Assembly: GCF_001194135.2 (NCBI RefSeq)
Contig: NC_068984.1
Span: 67,204,733-67,268,732, forward strand
Length of the DNA: 64,000 bases
Direction of reading: 5' to 3'
Source: Octopus bimaculoides
Taxonomy: Eukaryota
The position numbers and the translations under genes were made by a program. This document shows, piece by piece, positions 50,963 through 62,860 of the stretch (positions are counted from its first letter, which is position 1; each line of letters begins with the position of its first letter). The notes beneath the pieces were generated by a model. The model was not told the origin of the DNA and searched no databases. It worked only from the letters and a program-made list of their open reading frames with translations.

Positions 50963-51850
50963 NNNNNNNNNNNNNNNNNNNNNNNNNNNNNNNNNNNNNN
51001 NNNNNNNNNNNNNNNNNNNNNNNNNNNNNNNNNNNNNNNNNNNNNNNNNNNNNNNNNNNNNNNNNNNNNNNNNNNNNNNNNNNNNNNNNNNNNNNNNNNN
51101 NNNNNNNNNNNNNNNNNNNNNNNNNNNNNNNNNNNNNNNNNNNNNNNNNNNNNNNNNNNNNNNNNNNNNNNNNNNNNNNNNNNNNNNNNNNNNNNNNNNN
51201 NNNNNNNNNNNNNNNNNNNNNNNNNNNNNNNNNNNNNNNNNNNNNNNNNNNNNNNNNNNNNNNNNNNNNNNNNNNNNNNNNNNNNNNNNNNNNNNNNNNN
51301 NNNNNNNNNNNNNNNNNNNNNNNNNNNNNNNNNNNNNNNNNNNNNNNNNNNNNNNNNNNNNNNNNNNNNNNNNNNNNNNNNNNNNNNNNNNNNNNNNNNN
51401 NNNNNNNNNNNNNNNNNNNNNNNNNNNNNNNNNNNNNNNNNNNNNNNNNNNNNNNNNNNNNNNNNNNNNNNNNNNNNNNNNNNNNNNNNNNNNNNNNNNN
51501 NNNNNNNNNNNNNNNNNNNNNNNNNNNNNNNNNNNNNNNNNNNNNNNNNNNNNNNNNNNNNNNNNNNNNNNNNNNNNNNNNNNNNNNNNNNNNNNNNNNN
51601 NNNNNNNNNNNNNNNNNNNNNNNNNNNNNNNNNNNNNNNNNNNNNNNNNNNNNNNNNNNNNNNNNNNNNNNNNNNNNNNNNNNNNNNNNNNNNNNNNNNN
51701 NNNNNNNNNNNNNNNNNNNNNNNNNNNNNNNNNNNNNNNNNNNNNNNNNNNNNNNNNNNNNNNNNNNNNNNNNNNNNNNNNNNNNNNNNNNNNNNNNNNN
51801 NNNNNNNNNNNNNNNNNNNNNNNNNNNNNNNNNNNNNNNNNNNNNNNNNN
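50963..51850. other. Largest assembly gap; other N runs at 7650-7859, 8197-8469, 13079-13393, 21351-21624, 32691-32790, 38132-38322, 54585-54990 and 57400-57610
   Basis: N runs, almost all bounded by (TA)n or (GA)n tracts. Confidence 0.99.
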
Positions 51851-52869
51851 TATATATATATATATATATATATGTATCAATAATAATAATATGACAACAA
51901 AAGAATGAATGACACCGCGATATTATGTAAGATAGAGGAATTTATCTATAAATATAATATGTGATTCAAATGAAGCAACGTAATTACCATGTAGCTCATT
52001 TTTAAAGCGACAAATAGGAATATTGAAAGTAAACCTATACATTATCTCAACGTATCACCTCACAGCCATCTGATGTTATGTGCAGTGTTGTGTGTGTATA
52101 TATATATCTATATATATATGGCGGGTTTGTGGGTGTTGATAATACTTGGTTGGCAGCAGAACTTAATGCTTGCTAATGTGTTGTAAAATAATACAAGTAA
52201 GTTTACTGAAATCATTTTCGTAAATAATGATAATTACTTGTTTAAATTAATGTACTTCATCATCAGTTGATAACTAATAAGAAAAACGTGTAGTGTTGAA
52301 AGGCTCTCAAAGATGTATAATCGGAGAATAAAAAAGTAATTTGCCATTTGTGAATTATGTAGCTTCTTCTGCATCCATTAGTTAATCATTACAACTGGCA
52401 ATGTTCTTATGAAATTAGTGCCGAATCTTTTCTTAATGAGATATTCAACACCGATTAAATAGTGAAATGGAATATTTCATTAAACTGAGATATTGAAGTT
52501 TTTGAAGGACGAAACATGTATGTGACTATACGATCGCTTCGTTTGTGACAAATAGTAGGCAAGCACCAGTTCACATAACATCGTAATGACTTTAACATAG
52601 TAAAGAAAACTTGGATAATTTAAATTTAGACACGCAACTCCTGGAATAGTGTATCTGCGACATGAGTCTAGACAATATCTTTCCAATTAACATTACATTA
52701 CACTGACCTCACTCAATTATTACATTACACGATATCTCGCACCAATTTGGCACCAAAACCATGCATAACGCATCCTTATATTAATGTACCAGTTTAGCAT
52801 TTAGTTCTGTAGAACTCTAGTGTCCTGCATATATCCATTCCATACCCTGTTTATAGGGTGGTTGCTGGT

Positions 52870-52990
52870 TAAAATCGGTAGCCTCCCGGACAAAATGCTC
52901 TGCGGCATTTAATTACACTCTTTTACGTAGAGTGTTCAATAACTGCTGACGTCATATTCACTTTTCACATTCTCGGGTATTGATGCGACA
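52870..52990 (+). mobile_element. Old SINE family A fragment
   Basis: aatcggtagc..ccggacaaaatgct..gcggcattt..tgttcaa..ttttcacattctcggg. Confidence 0.6.
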
Positions 52991-53006
52991 TATCACAGCC
53001 AACACA

Positions 53007-53046
<40 letters not shown>

Positions 53047-53476
53047 CATACACACACGCATAAACAATTAAAAATAAATCGATACAGGTAACCCACCGTT
53101 GACAGATACATTTCATTATGAAAATGTCAAGCAGTTAATTCTATTTAGCAGTAGTGGTGCATGCGATAAATAAATATATTACAGTAATAATTAACTGTTT
53201 ATAACAAAATAACAATGCAGGCCGCAGATGTGAGTTTATGTAATAATTTGTTTATTGTTTAATTCTGTTATCTCTTTACCTCCCCATTTTTTTTTAAATT
53301 TCACAAATTTCTCTTATTATTGAAGAAACGACTCAAAAATGTGTTCAACTAAGGAAGTTGTTGGCCCCTACTGGATTGTTTAGTCGTCGACACAAATTTA
53401 ATGTGAGAACAGCTGCGAAAGAGATACAAATAAACGCATCAAACTATTCTTTATTCCCACTTTAAGTGCAATAGAA

Positions 53477-53477
<1 letters not shown>

Positions 53478-53518
<41 letters not shown>

Positions 53519-53545
53519 GATGATGATGATGATGATGATGGTGAT
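53478..53545. repeat. (AAT)n(GAT)n compound microsatellite
   Basis: Directly visible. Confidence 0.95.
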
Positions 53546-54526
53546 GCAAACGCTGTATTTTATGATTTTAAGCAAAATCATTTTCTTAAAATAAAATTAG
53601 ATATTTATTAAATTTTAAAATGTGCGTGCAAATTTTTGTCATTTAATTGCCTGTTTATTTGTTTTCTTTTAATCTGCTTTCAGTGCTCATCATAAATAAA
53701 TATTTCAATGTGTTGAAATTAATGTAAATCTAATTCTGCTCAAAACACTTGGCTTTGAAATAAATTGGAATGCTCATGCATTATTTAATAAGTATCTTAC
53801 ATTTTTCTGAAAGTATTCGATCGTAAATTTAAACCAGTGAAATAGAGTGCGAAAAAGCGCAATGACAGATAGAGAAAGAAAGAGATATGGAAAGAGAGAG
53901 ACAGAGAGACAGAGACAGAGAAAAAGAGAGAAAGAGACGAAAGAGACAGAGAGAAATGGAGAAGGAGTTAAGAAGAAATAAAATAAATATTTGCTATTTC
54001 AAAATGTTCAACGGATATTGCATCCAGCACATTTTGGTGTTTTCGTAATGCTGACATTCTAAAATAATTATTTATTTACAGATATGGAAATCAATGGGAA
54101 TTGAAAGTGAATAGTGGAAAAGTTAATAACATTAATAAAGAAAGACACCACAAACTACAAACAGCGACAATACTTGGCAATCATATGTGCGTAAGAATGA
54201 TATGTAAATATGAGCTTGCTATCATGCAGTCACTGACGAACAGATATAAACCAAGTAATACCTCAGAAGTGAAGAAAGAAATAAAATTAAATACCTCATA
54301 AAATGCGAAATTACACACGCACAGACACACAAATACACACACACACAGATAAATATTATAGTTTTTATGAAGCATTAAAAAATATATATACACGTATTCA
54401 CATATATATACATAGGTACGTAAATGTACAATGTACATGCATACGTGTACATTTACGTACATATATATACATGTATATGGATATGCATGCATATGTATAT
54501 ATATATGTATATATACATATACATGC

Positions 54527-54584
<58 letters not shown>

Positions 54585-55420
54585 NNNNNNNNNNNNNNNN
54601 NNNNNNNNNNNNNNNNNNNNNNNNNNNNNNNNNNNNNNNNNNNNNNNNNNNNNNNNNNNNNNNNNNNNNNNNNNNNNNNNNNNNNNNNNNNNNNNNNNNN
54701 NNNNNNNNNNNNNNNNNNNNNNNNNNNNNNNNNNNNNNNNNNNNNNNNNNNNNNNNNNNNNNNNNNNNNNNNNNNNNNNNNNNNNNNNNNNNNNNNNNNN
54801 NNNNNNNNNNNNNNNNNNNNNNNNNNNNNNNNNNNNNNNNNNNNNNNNNNNNNNNNNNNNNNNNNNNNNNNNNNNNNNNNNNNNNNNNNNNNNNNNNNNN
54901 NNNNNNNNNNNNNNNNNNNNNNNNNNNNNNNNNNNNNNNNNNNNNNNNNNNNNNNNNNNNNNNNNNNNNNNNNNNNNNNNNNNNNNNNNNNATATATATA
55001 TATATATACATACAAACGCATTCGTAGATGTACATGGAAACCTTATAAGCATTAAGAAAAATGACAAATATATTGAAATTAAGGAATATTACGCAAATGA
55101 CAAAAGCGTTTTTATTTATGCTTAATTGAATTCCAAAGTTATTCCTCCGAAGAATCTGTTGCGATTCAGTAATTAAAGAAAATATATCATTAAATATATC
55201 ATCAGTAAAAGGCAGTTGACACATCGTCAGGAGTGCATGCAACATATGGAAAAAATGTAAATTTGCACATATATCATTTTTCATGTAAAAACTTGATTTA
55301 TGCACGTAAATATGTATGCCTGCATGTATCTACATTTGCAAGTGTCAATATATGTATAAATATACATATATATGTATGTCTATGTGTGTGTATATCTATC
55401 TATCCATCTATCTATCTATC

Positions 55421-55492
<72 letters not shown>

Positions 55493-55515
55493 TACACACA
55501 CATAGNNNNNNNNNN

Positions 55516-55566
<51 letters not shown>

Positions 55567-56143
55567 GTGTGTGTATATATGTGTATATATGTATATAAAT
55601 GAGTATATATTTGTATATATACATTTACATGTATATATATAGAGATATATGTTTATACACATGTATATATATATACACATGTATACACACATACACATAT
55701 ATTTATATGAATATATACAAATATTTTAATGTGTTTGGTTGCGAAGTAATATACGAGTCTGGAAATTCAAACCAATTAACAGTGCAGATCTTTTTTTAAT
55801 ACATGAAGTAATAATAAAAATAAAATTAACCACTTCCCATTAGATTTTACAGGAGAATGAGACTAAAAAAGTCTTTCAAACTGGTAAACAGCGTTCTTAG
55901 TTACATAAAGACGAAGCATACACACAGAAAAAGTGCATACACAGAAACACACCACGTACAGACAACTGACATTCCAGTGAAAGTATACGACTTTAAATTC
56001 ATGTCTATGAACAATGTCAATAAAAAGCGAAGCGAATGATTGCGCGAAATTATATGTGTGTGTGTGTGTATACACACACACACACACACATACACTCATA
56101 TACATCTCCATACGTGAAAGATATATGTAAATAGTATCCACCC

Positions 56144-56180
<37 letters not shown>

Positions 56181-57359
56181 AACATATACACAGAAACGTA
56201 TGTATCCTTTACTAGTGAATACACACCTTAGACGTACAAACAGGCAAACATGTATGTATATCTTTGTGCGTGTATTTTTGTAATGTTTATACGTGCACAT
56301 ATATCAATGTGTGCACACGCGCGTGTATACGTGCATGTATGTATGAATGTATGCGCATATACTTGATGCAAATGTCAATAGTGTCAAATCGAAATGTCTT
56401 TACAGCTGCCTCCATAGTGAAATTCGGAAGGGGAATGCATAGATACAGGAAAATCCTATCTGTTTTGAAATCAAATCGTGCACGTCTGATATTACATCTA
56501 CCTTGCTGCATAATTTCTTTATTCAATTTGAGATCTGAAGCAGAATTGCAAATGATGCAATTTAGCTTCTTTTGGAAATAGAGAGAAAATTTCTCTCTAT
56601 GAATTCTCCACATCATTATGAATGTCTAATATATTTTCACGAAGGAAAAAAAAAAAATTATAGGCCAATTTAATTCAATACGATTGATGGTGTTGTAAAG
56701 ATATCTCGATTTCTTATTTCTGTTTTCCACTACCGTTTTTAATATTGATGAAGTAGTAGACATTCTCGAACTGATAAAAAGAAATATAATTTAGCCATGA
56801 GACAGAAACCGTTACGAGTTATCGTCGACAATGGCAGTTTTTCTAAATATTCATAATTCTATACAACAATTATTTGCGGATTAAAATTTTTTTTTTGATA
56901 AAGGCAAATAAAATGTAGCGTGTAAAAAAATTTTCATTCCTATCAGCAGCAGAACAAACGTATTGTTCTAAATTTAGACTATGAAATATTTTCAGTTATT
57001 AAATCTTGATTCAAAAATTTAAATCTCAATTTTTATAAAACAAAATCAAACCAAATTAGGAATATATTTATAACATAAAGGGCATTGAAGTAGGAGTATC
57101 CATATTTACTCTCTGTAGTTTTGTGTTCAGATACTTTCCTATCTGACTCTAGCATTTTCTTACCAAGGCCTGCAAAGTAAATAACTACATCTATACGGGG
57201 AAGTTAATTCAAAGGAATATATTGTAATTCTTTGTCTATTTGCTTTGCCTTGGGCCTCCAACTTTTGAAGCAGTTGCAGCATATCTTGGTTGTCTAAGCC
57301 TGGCAGACTACATCCTTCAACATGTCTGACACAACCGATTTCTTTCGGAGAATGGGAGG

Positions 57360-57399
<40 letters not shown>

Positions 57400-57632
57400 N
57401 NNNNNNNNNNNNNNNNNNNNNNNNNNNNNNNNNNNNNNNNNNNNNNNNNNNNNNNNNNNNNNNNNNNNNNNNNNNNNNNNNNNNNNNNNNNNNNNNNNNN
57501 NNNNNNNNNNNNNNNNNNNNNNNNNNNNNNNNNNNNNNNNNNNNNNNNNNNNNNNNNNNNNNNNNNNNNNNNNNNNNNNNNNNNNNNNNNNNNNNNNNNN
57601 NNNNNNNNNNGAGAGAGAGAGAGTGAGGGGGG

Positions 57633-57667
<35 letters not shown>

Positions 57668-57952
57668 CAAGAGAAAGAAGACAAGTATTTTATCTTAATT
57701 TATTGACCTCAGAAACATGATGCTAAGAATAACCAGGGCAGAATTTGAGGCCCTGTACGAATATTATAATGCATTATATTTCATGTTAATTTCCAAATAC
57801 ATTTATGACTTTGTGTTTATGGGGGAAACGATCGTCTTCGGAAAATTTACTCCACATGTAGTGTTAGGATCAAAACTCCAAATCTTCTGTGGTCATGTTT
57901 CAATGTATTTTATTCTATTCTACTTTTCAAACGATTCTTTTATTCTTTTATT

Positions 57953-58141
57953 TGTTTCAGGAATTTGGCTGCGGCCATGGTAGAGCACTACCTTTAGTCG
58001 AACAGATCGAACCCTGGACTTATTCTTTGCAAGTCTCGTACTAATTCTATCGATCTTTTGCCGAACCGCTAAGTTACAGGGACGTAAATACACCAACATT
58101 GGTTGTCAAGCGATGGTGGGGAGACAAACACAGACACGTAA

Positions 58142-58192
<51 letters not shown>

Positions 58193-58336
58193 CGACGCGT
58201 TTCTTTTAGTTTCCGCTTACCAAGTCCATTCACAAGGCTTGGGTTGGCCCGAGGCACTTGCCCAAGGTGCCACGTAGTTGAACTGAACCCGGAGCCATGT
58301 GGTTGGTAAGCAAGCTACTTACTACACAGCCACGCG
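57953..58336 (-). mobile_element. tRNA-derived SINE, family B, full length with internal (CA)n (best-preserved copy)
   Basis: Minus-strand head gcgtggctgtgtagtaagtagcttgcttaccaaccacatggctccgggttcagttc, then caccttgggcaagt (a CORE-type motif), (TG)n and a tail ending gactaaaggtagtgctctaccatggccgcag. Confidence 0.9.
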
Positions 58337-58486
58337 TTAATATTTTTAGAAGAGATTTCGCTCTATTTCCTCGGATACATCGTNNNNNNNNNNCCATCAG
58401 CCGAAATCTTTCGCAGGAAATGAAACAACAGGCAAGCCAAGACCAAGAGGCAGATTTATTTCTCAGTTGAGTCGCTCTCACTTTTC

Positions 58487-59066
58487 GGATCTATTTTAAA
58501 ACGGGGGCCACATTTTTCATTAATGTTTTACGTAGTATTTTTGGTACGGAAAGACTTTCAAACTTCGTATACTTATCTATTTTGTGTTATAGAACAGAAA
58601 AATATTTTTGTATTCGAATTTATTTCATGTAAAAGATTGTCTTATTTCGATAATTTCAACCAATCACTGACAAGTATTCAGTTGTTTACATTTACCCCTT
58701 TGGCTGATTAAGCGATGTAAAGCGTATTTAATCTCCATACCTTCGTTTTATTTGCTTTTTTCGTTTTAAATTTACTTTAAACCTAACCCTAACCCTAGGG
58801 TTAAGGTTAGGGTTAGGGTTAGGGTTAATTGTTTCAGAATCGTTTGTTTATGTAGTCGGCACTTAATGTATATGGGCTGAATGGACGTCAGTGATTGGTT
58901 GAAATTAGAGAAATACGACAACTTTCACATGGAATAACTTATGGATTTCTTTTTTTTTAAAGAAGACTAAGAGAAAAAAATGTTTTATATGACACATTCT
59001 ACCAGTGTTCCAAGTTTCAAAGTGTTTCGTTAATTAAAAATGTGGCCCCCGTTTTAAAAAAGATCC
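58487..59066. mobile_element. Intact 580-bp MITE with 37-bp TIRs and an 8-bp TSD (CACTTTTC)
   Basis: Left TIR ggatctattttaaaacgggggccacatttttcattaa (58487-58523) versus the reverse complement of the right TIR, ggatcttttttaaaacgggggccacatttttaattaa (59030-59066): 35/37 identical. cacttttc at 58479-58486 and 59067-59074. No ORF. GG termini plus an 8-bp TSD fit Merlin; hAT or P cannot be excluded. Confidence 0.93.
58780..58826. repeat. Inverted telomeric-type repeats (CCCTAA)n-(TTAGGG)n inside the MITE
   Basis: aacctaaccctaaccct|agggttaaggttagggttagggttagggtt is directly visible; the axis lies between 58796 and 58797. Confidence 0.9.
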
Positions 59067-59189
59067 CACTTTTCTTCTGCCACCGTTAATCTTTTTTCAC
59101 TTTTATATTTCGGAAGTTTGGTTCTGTCCTAATAAGTTCTTATACATTATAACATAGCAGTATTTACTTAATAACCGTACTATTTAGAC

Positions 59190-59565
59190 TATCTTAGAAG
59201 TTCGCTTCGTAAGTACATGTTTCGAAGTTCGATCTCACTGCACGGTAGTTAGTGCAAGTATCTTCCACCACTGTGCTTTGGAGTTGACGAATGCCATGCA
59301 GCCAATAATTTGGTAGGCGAAATCAGTGGAAGTTCTGTCGAACATGTATACTTATATTTATCATTGTTTACTGGTGTATCGAGTTTCTTGACTCAATGCC
59401 AAAGAGAGATACCTTAGCCATTCAATCAAAAACAGTCGATGAAATAATAATTATCAGGCTTAAGAAATGGAGTCGATATGATTGCTCCACCCTCAAATGG
59501 ACTAAAGGTGCTGCTCCAACAAGGCCGTAGTCCAATGATTAAAACCAGTAAATAATGCAAACGTG
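59190..59565 (+). mobile_element. Diverged SINE family B copy
   Basis: agttcgatctcactgcac..gcaagtatctt head, aatttggtaggcgaaatcagtggaag, and tail gagtcgatatg..gactaaaggtgctgctccaacaaggccgtagtc. Confidence 0.7.
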
Positions 59566-60469
59566 AAAGCAGTGCAATCATTTTATCTCTGAAAAGTACA
59601 CATTTTAACATAATGGAGAAAAATCTCGGAAGAAGCATTCTCATTCTTTTTGCTTTCTATCAAGATATTAGATATTGAGGAAGTAGTGGTTTAGCAGTAT
59701 CACACCAAACAGAATATCTATTTTTCAAGTCTATCGCTAGTTTACAGAAAGAAAAGGTTACGCTTGCATTTTTCCAAGGCTAACTTCATCTAATCCGCAT
59801 ATATGCGCTATTGGTTTATTGATCATAGATCAGGAGACAAATATATTTTTCATCGCAGAAGAGACCAAACCGCTGGACAGAGAACTACCACACTAAAGAA
59901 TCGCATGGCTACCATCCTTTCCAATATTAAAAGCAATCATGTAGATACTTTTCCTTAGTGAACAATTGCATTCGATTCCGAGTGATAGGCAATTAATATA
60001 CTGCAGATCTGTATAATACCGTGGCTAATCCAATGAAGATAAAATTCTGATCTCTGCATGAAGCTCATTTATATTTCATTTGCAATTAGAATACATGGAG
60101 TGCGTAAGCCTGAAATGTGACTCTGTGTGTGTACGTGTGTAAATATGTGTATGTATGTGTTTGCATGTGCGGCATGTGAATATATATATATAAGGAGAGA
60201 TAGATAACTAGATTCAAACACATACATATATGTAATTATGTATATATATGTATGTTTTATATCCCACGACATATCAGTGTTTATCTAAAGACTATTATCC
60301 ATACGTATTTACATTTCGATATGTATATTTTTATCTATCTTTAACCGTTTTACTTTTCTTCTCTCCTCGCTCAACCTTTAACGTTTATTTCTCCCACCCC
60401 TTTTCGCTAACTTTCCTGTTTTGTATGCGAGCATGAGTATGTCCACATATATATAATTATATATACATC

Positions 60470-60705
<236 letters not shown>

Positions 60706-61279
60706 GCATTTATATATTTCCGATCCCAGTGCTTGGATTTGATCATCTATATACCATTGATGAGGAAATCGGCTGCTAAATGTGCTCTAGACGTCTGTCA
60801 CCGACAAGCCCGAGGATTGGTGAAATCATGTGATCTGTTATTTCTGCTGATCGTAGCGGACGACTTTCGCCCGTCACCGTTATAAACACGAGTGCTTTTA
60901 AGCACCGTGAGTCCTTATGAAGGTCTTTTCGTAATATAACAATATTCTACGTGTATGCATGCCTGTATGTATTTATTTCATTATTGCATACAAACACACG
61001 CATACGCATATTGTATGTATTTAGAGTGTTCGTGCTAAATTTGACGATTTTTATGTCTCTTTTTTTTTCAGGAATAGCTTGATGTTTGGTGAACGGTCAA
61101 TGGCGTTGGAGAGTGTAAAGATTAAAGTATGAATAGAGAAAAGGCTAGTTGACATGAATTGCAAACCATCTGAATGTTACAAAATTTTTTTTTGTATCAT
61201 AATAATTCGCCCCGAGTGTCAAAATGTCGATATGGTGATTCCTTCTCAGTAATCTGTGAACTCTGTAAAGGTTGTACGA

Positions 61280-61742
61280 CACGACGTGGCCAGCTGAAAA
61301 GGGCACAACAGGCGTTCTGACTGCGTCTGCACGCCGAATTTCATTCAAAAACTGATGTATAGGGCCTCAGGATCAAACCTGACGGCTATGTAAAGCTGCT
61401 GGAAACTGTGGCCAATCCATCGCTGGAGGGGTTGCAGCTGAATTACCAAATATGCGACAGCAAGATTCGTCTCCTTGCTATATCTCTGGAAAGAGTCGGA
61501 AGTTTTTGTCGGAGAATTACTACAACTTAACTAGCATCAGTTTCTGGCCCACAAATTTTCCTGATTGAAGTCCAATGGATTACTACGTGTGAAGCGCGGT
61601 TGAGTAAAACACCAACCGGTCTACTTTACAACACCAAGGCCGTGCTGGTGGTCAACATAAAGGAAGTATTCGAAGATCTTCTCTGGAACACAATAAGAAA
61701 CGCACATTGTAGGCTTCAGAAGCATTTTGAGGCCGTAGTGTA
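61280..61742 (+). mobile_element. Decayed DD37D (maT/Bmmar1-like) transposase fragment with a large internal deletion
   Basis: An N-terminal-like piece KGHNRRSDCVCTPNFIQKL is joined directly to GLRIKPDGYVKLLETVANPSLEGV..QQDSSPC..LSENYY..FWPTNFPD*SPMDYYV*SAVE..TN..NTKAVLVVNIKEVF..FEAVV. The QQDSAP and WPPNSPDLNPMDYYVW-like motifs are typical of DD37D elements. Confidence 0.75.
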
Positions 61743-61744
61743 AG

Positions 61745-62860
61745 ATGACGCTCTTCTCAAAATCCTTTTGCAACTCAAATCGCTTCCCTTCCAGCGTGGT
61801 TTTTAGTTTAAGGATGAGCCATAAGTTACACGGTGCCATAACGGGAGAGGAGGGAATCTGTCAAACAAGTTGTGTATTGTTCGTGACCAGTAAAGCTTGC
61901 ATTATGTGGGCGGAATGAGTGAGCGTATCAGCGTGGTGAAATTGGCAATTCTGTGCCACCCACATATCTGACAGCTTTCGATGCACAGCATCAGGCAGGT
62001 CATGACATATAAACTCAAGACAGTATTCGTTATTGATTGTTTGGCCTTGTCGCCAAACACATCAACATTACCTTTACATTACTACAAGCCTATATGCATT
62101 TTGGGGCCTTGCTATATATGGATGCTTCCAATAGCAGCACTGGAATAGTTTTCCGGGTTTGAATCATAAGCTCATGTCTCATCACTAGTAATGATGGTTT
62201 TCACAAAGTCTGGGTCGTAGTTTGCACAGTTCAGCATGTCCTGAGCGATTTCCATGCGATGTTGCTTCTGCTGCTCCACCAGCGCCTTGGGGACGAATTT
62301 CGTCAGCACTCACCGCATGCACAAATGCTCTATCAAAATGAGATGCAGTGATCCTTTGCTTATTCTCGCTTCATGAGCAATTTCCTGGATTGTTTCACGG
62401 CGGCCTTCCATGACAATTCGCCAAACCTTCTCAATCGGCTCCTTGTTTCGGCTCGTGGATGACCTGTTTGAGCGTGTCTCGCTCTCCACTGAGGTGCAAA
62501 CGTGTTTGAAGCAGTTGTAGCATTCCTTCATCTAAGTTTTGCTCATGGCATCATCGACAAAGGCCTGCTGAATCTTCTGGATAATTTGTGCCCGAGTATC
62601 ATCAAGCTTTTGGATAAACTCGATGCAATAACTTTGCTCGGTGCGTTCGGTAATCTTGTGAGAACACAAAAATCAGACGAGCGCGCACTACACGTCTATA
62701 TTCTAGGTGTAATAGCCGGGAACTGACACGTTCTACCTGCACGAAAATTTTCAAACATGCGCAGGAAGAGTGGTGGCACCTTCTACCTTGGGAATTTTTC
62801 CCACGCAGCATTAAGTTTGACGGTAGAAAATAAAGTTGGATAGCTTTTGAAAGCACCACG
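61745..62860 (-). mobile_element. Decayed mariner (irritans/Hsmar2-like), 3'-truncated
   Basis: 5' TIR on the minus strand, cgtggtgctttcaaaagctatccaactttatttt, flanked by TA (62861-2). From 62654 (ATG decayed to ATT): TERTEQSYCIEFIQKLDDT..KECYNCFKHVCTSVESETRS..RRETIQEIA..KFVPKAL..DPDFVKTIITSDET*AYDSNPE..HHAD..MAPCNLWLILKLKTTLEGKRF, then cut off. Confidence 0.92.

Noticed and set aside
58780-58826. Ancient telomere-telomere chromosome fusion site
   Set aside because: The orientation is the reverse of a fusion junction, the array is tiny, and it lies inside a TSD-bounded MITE.
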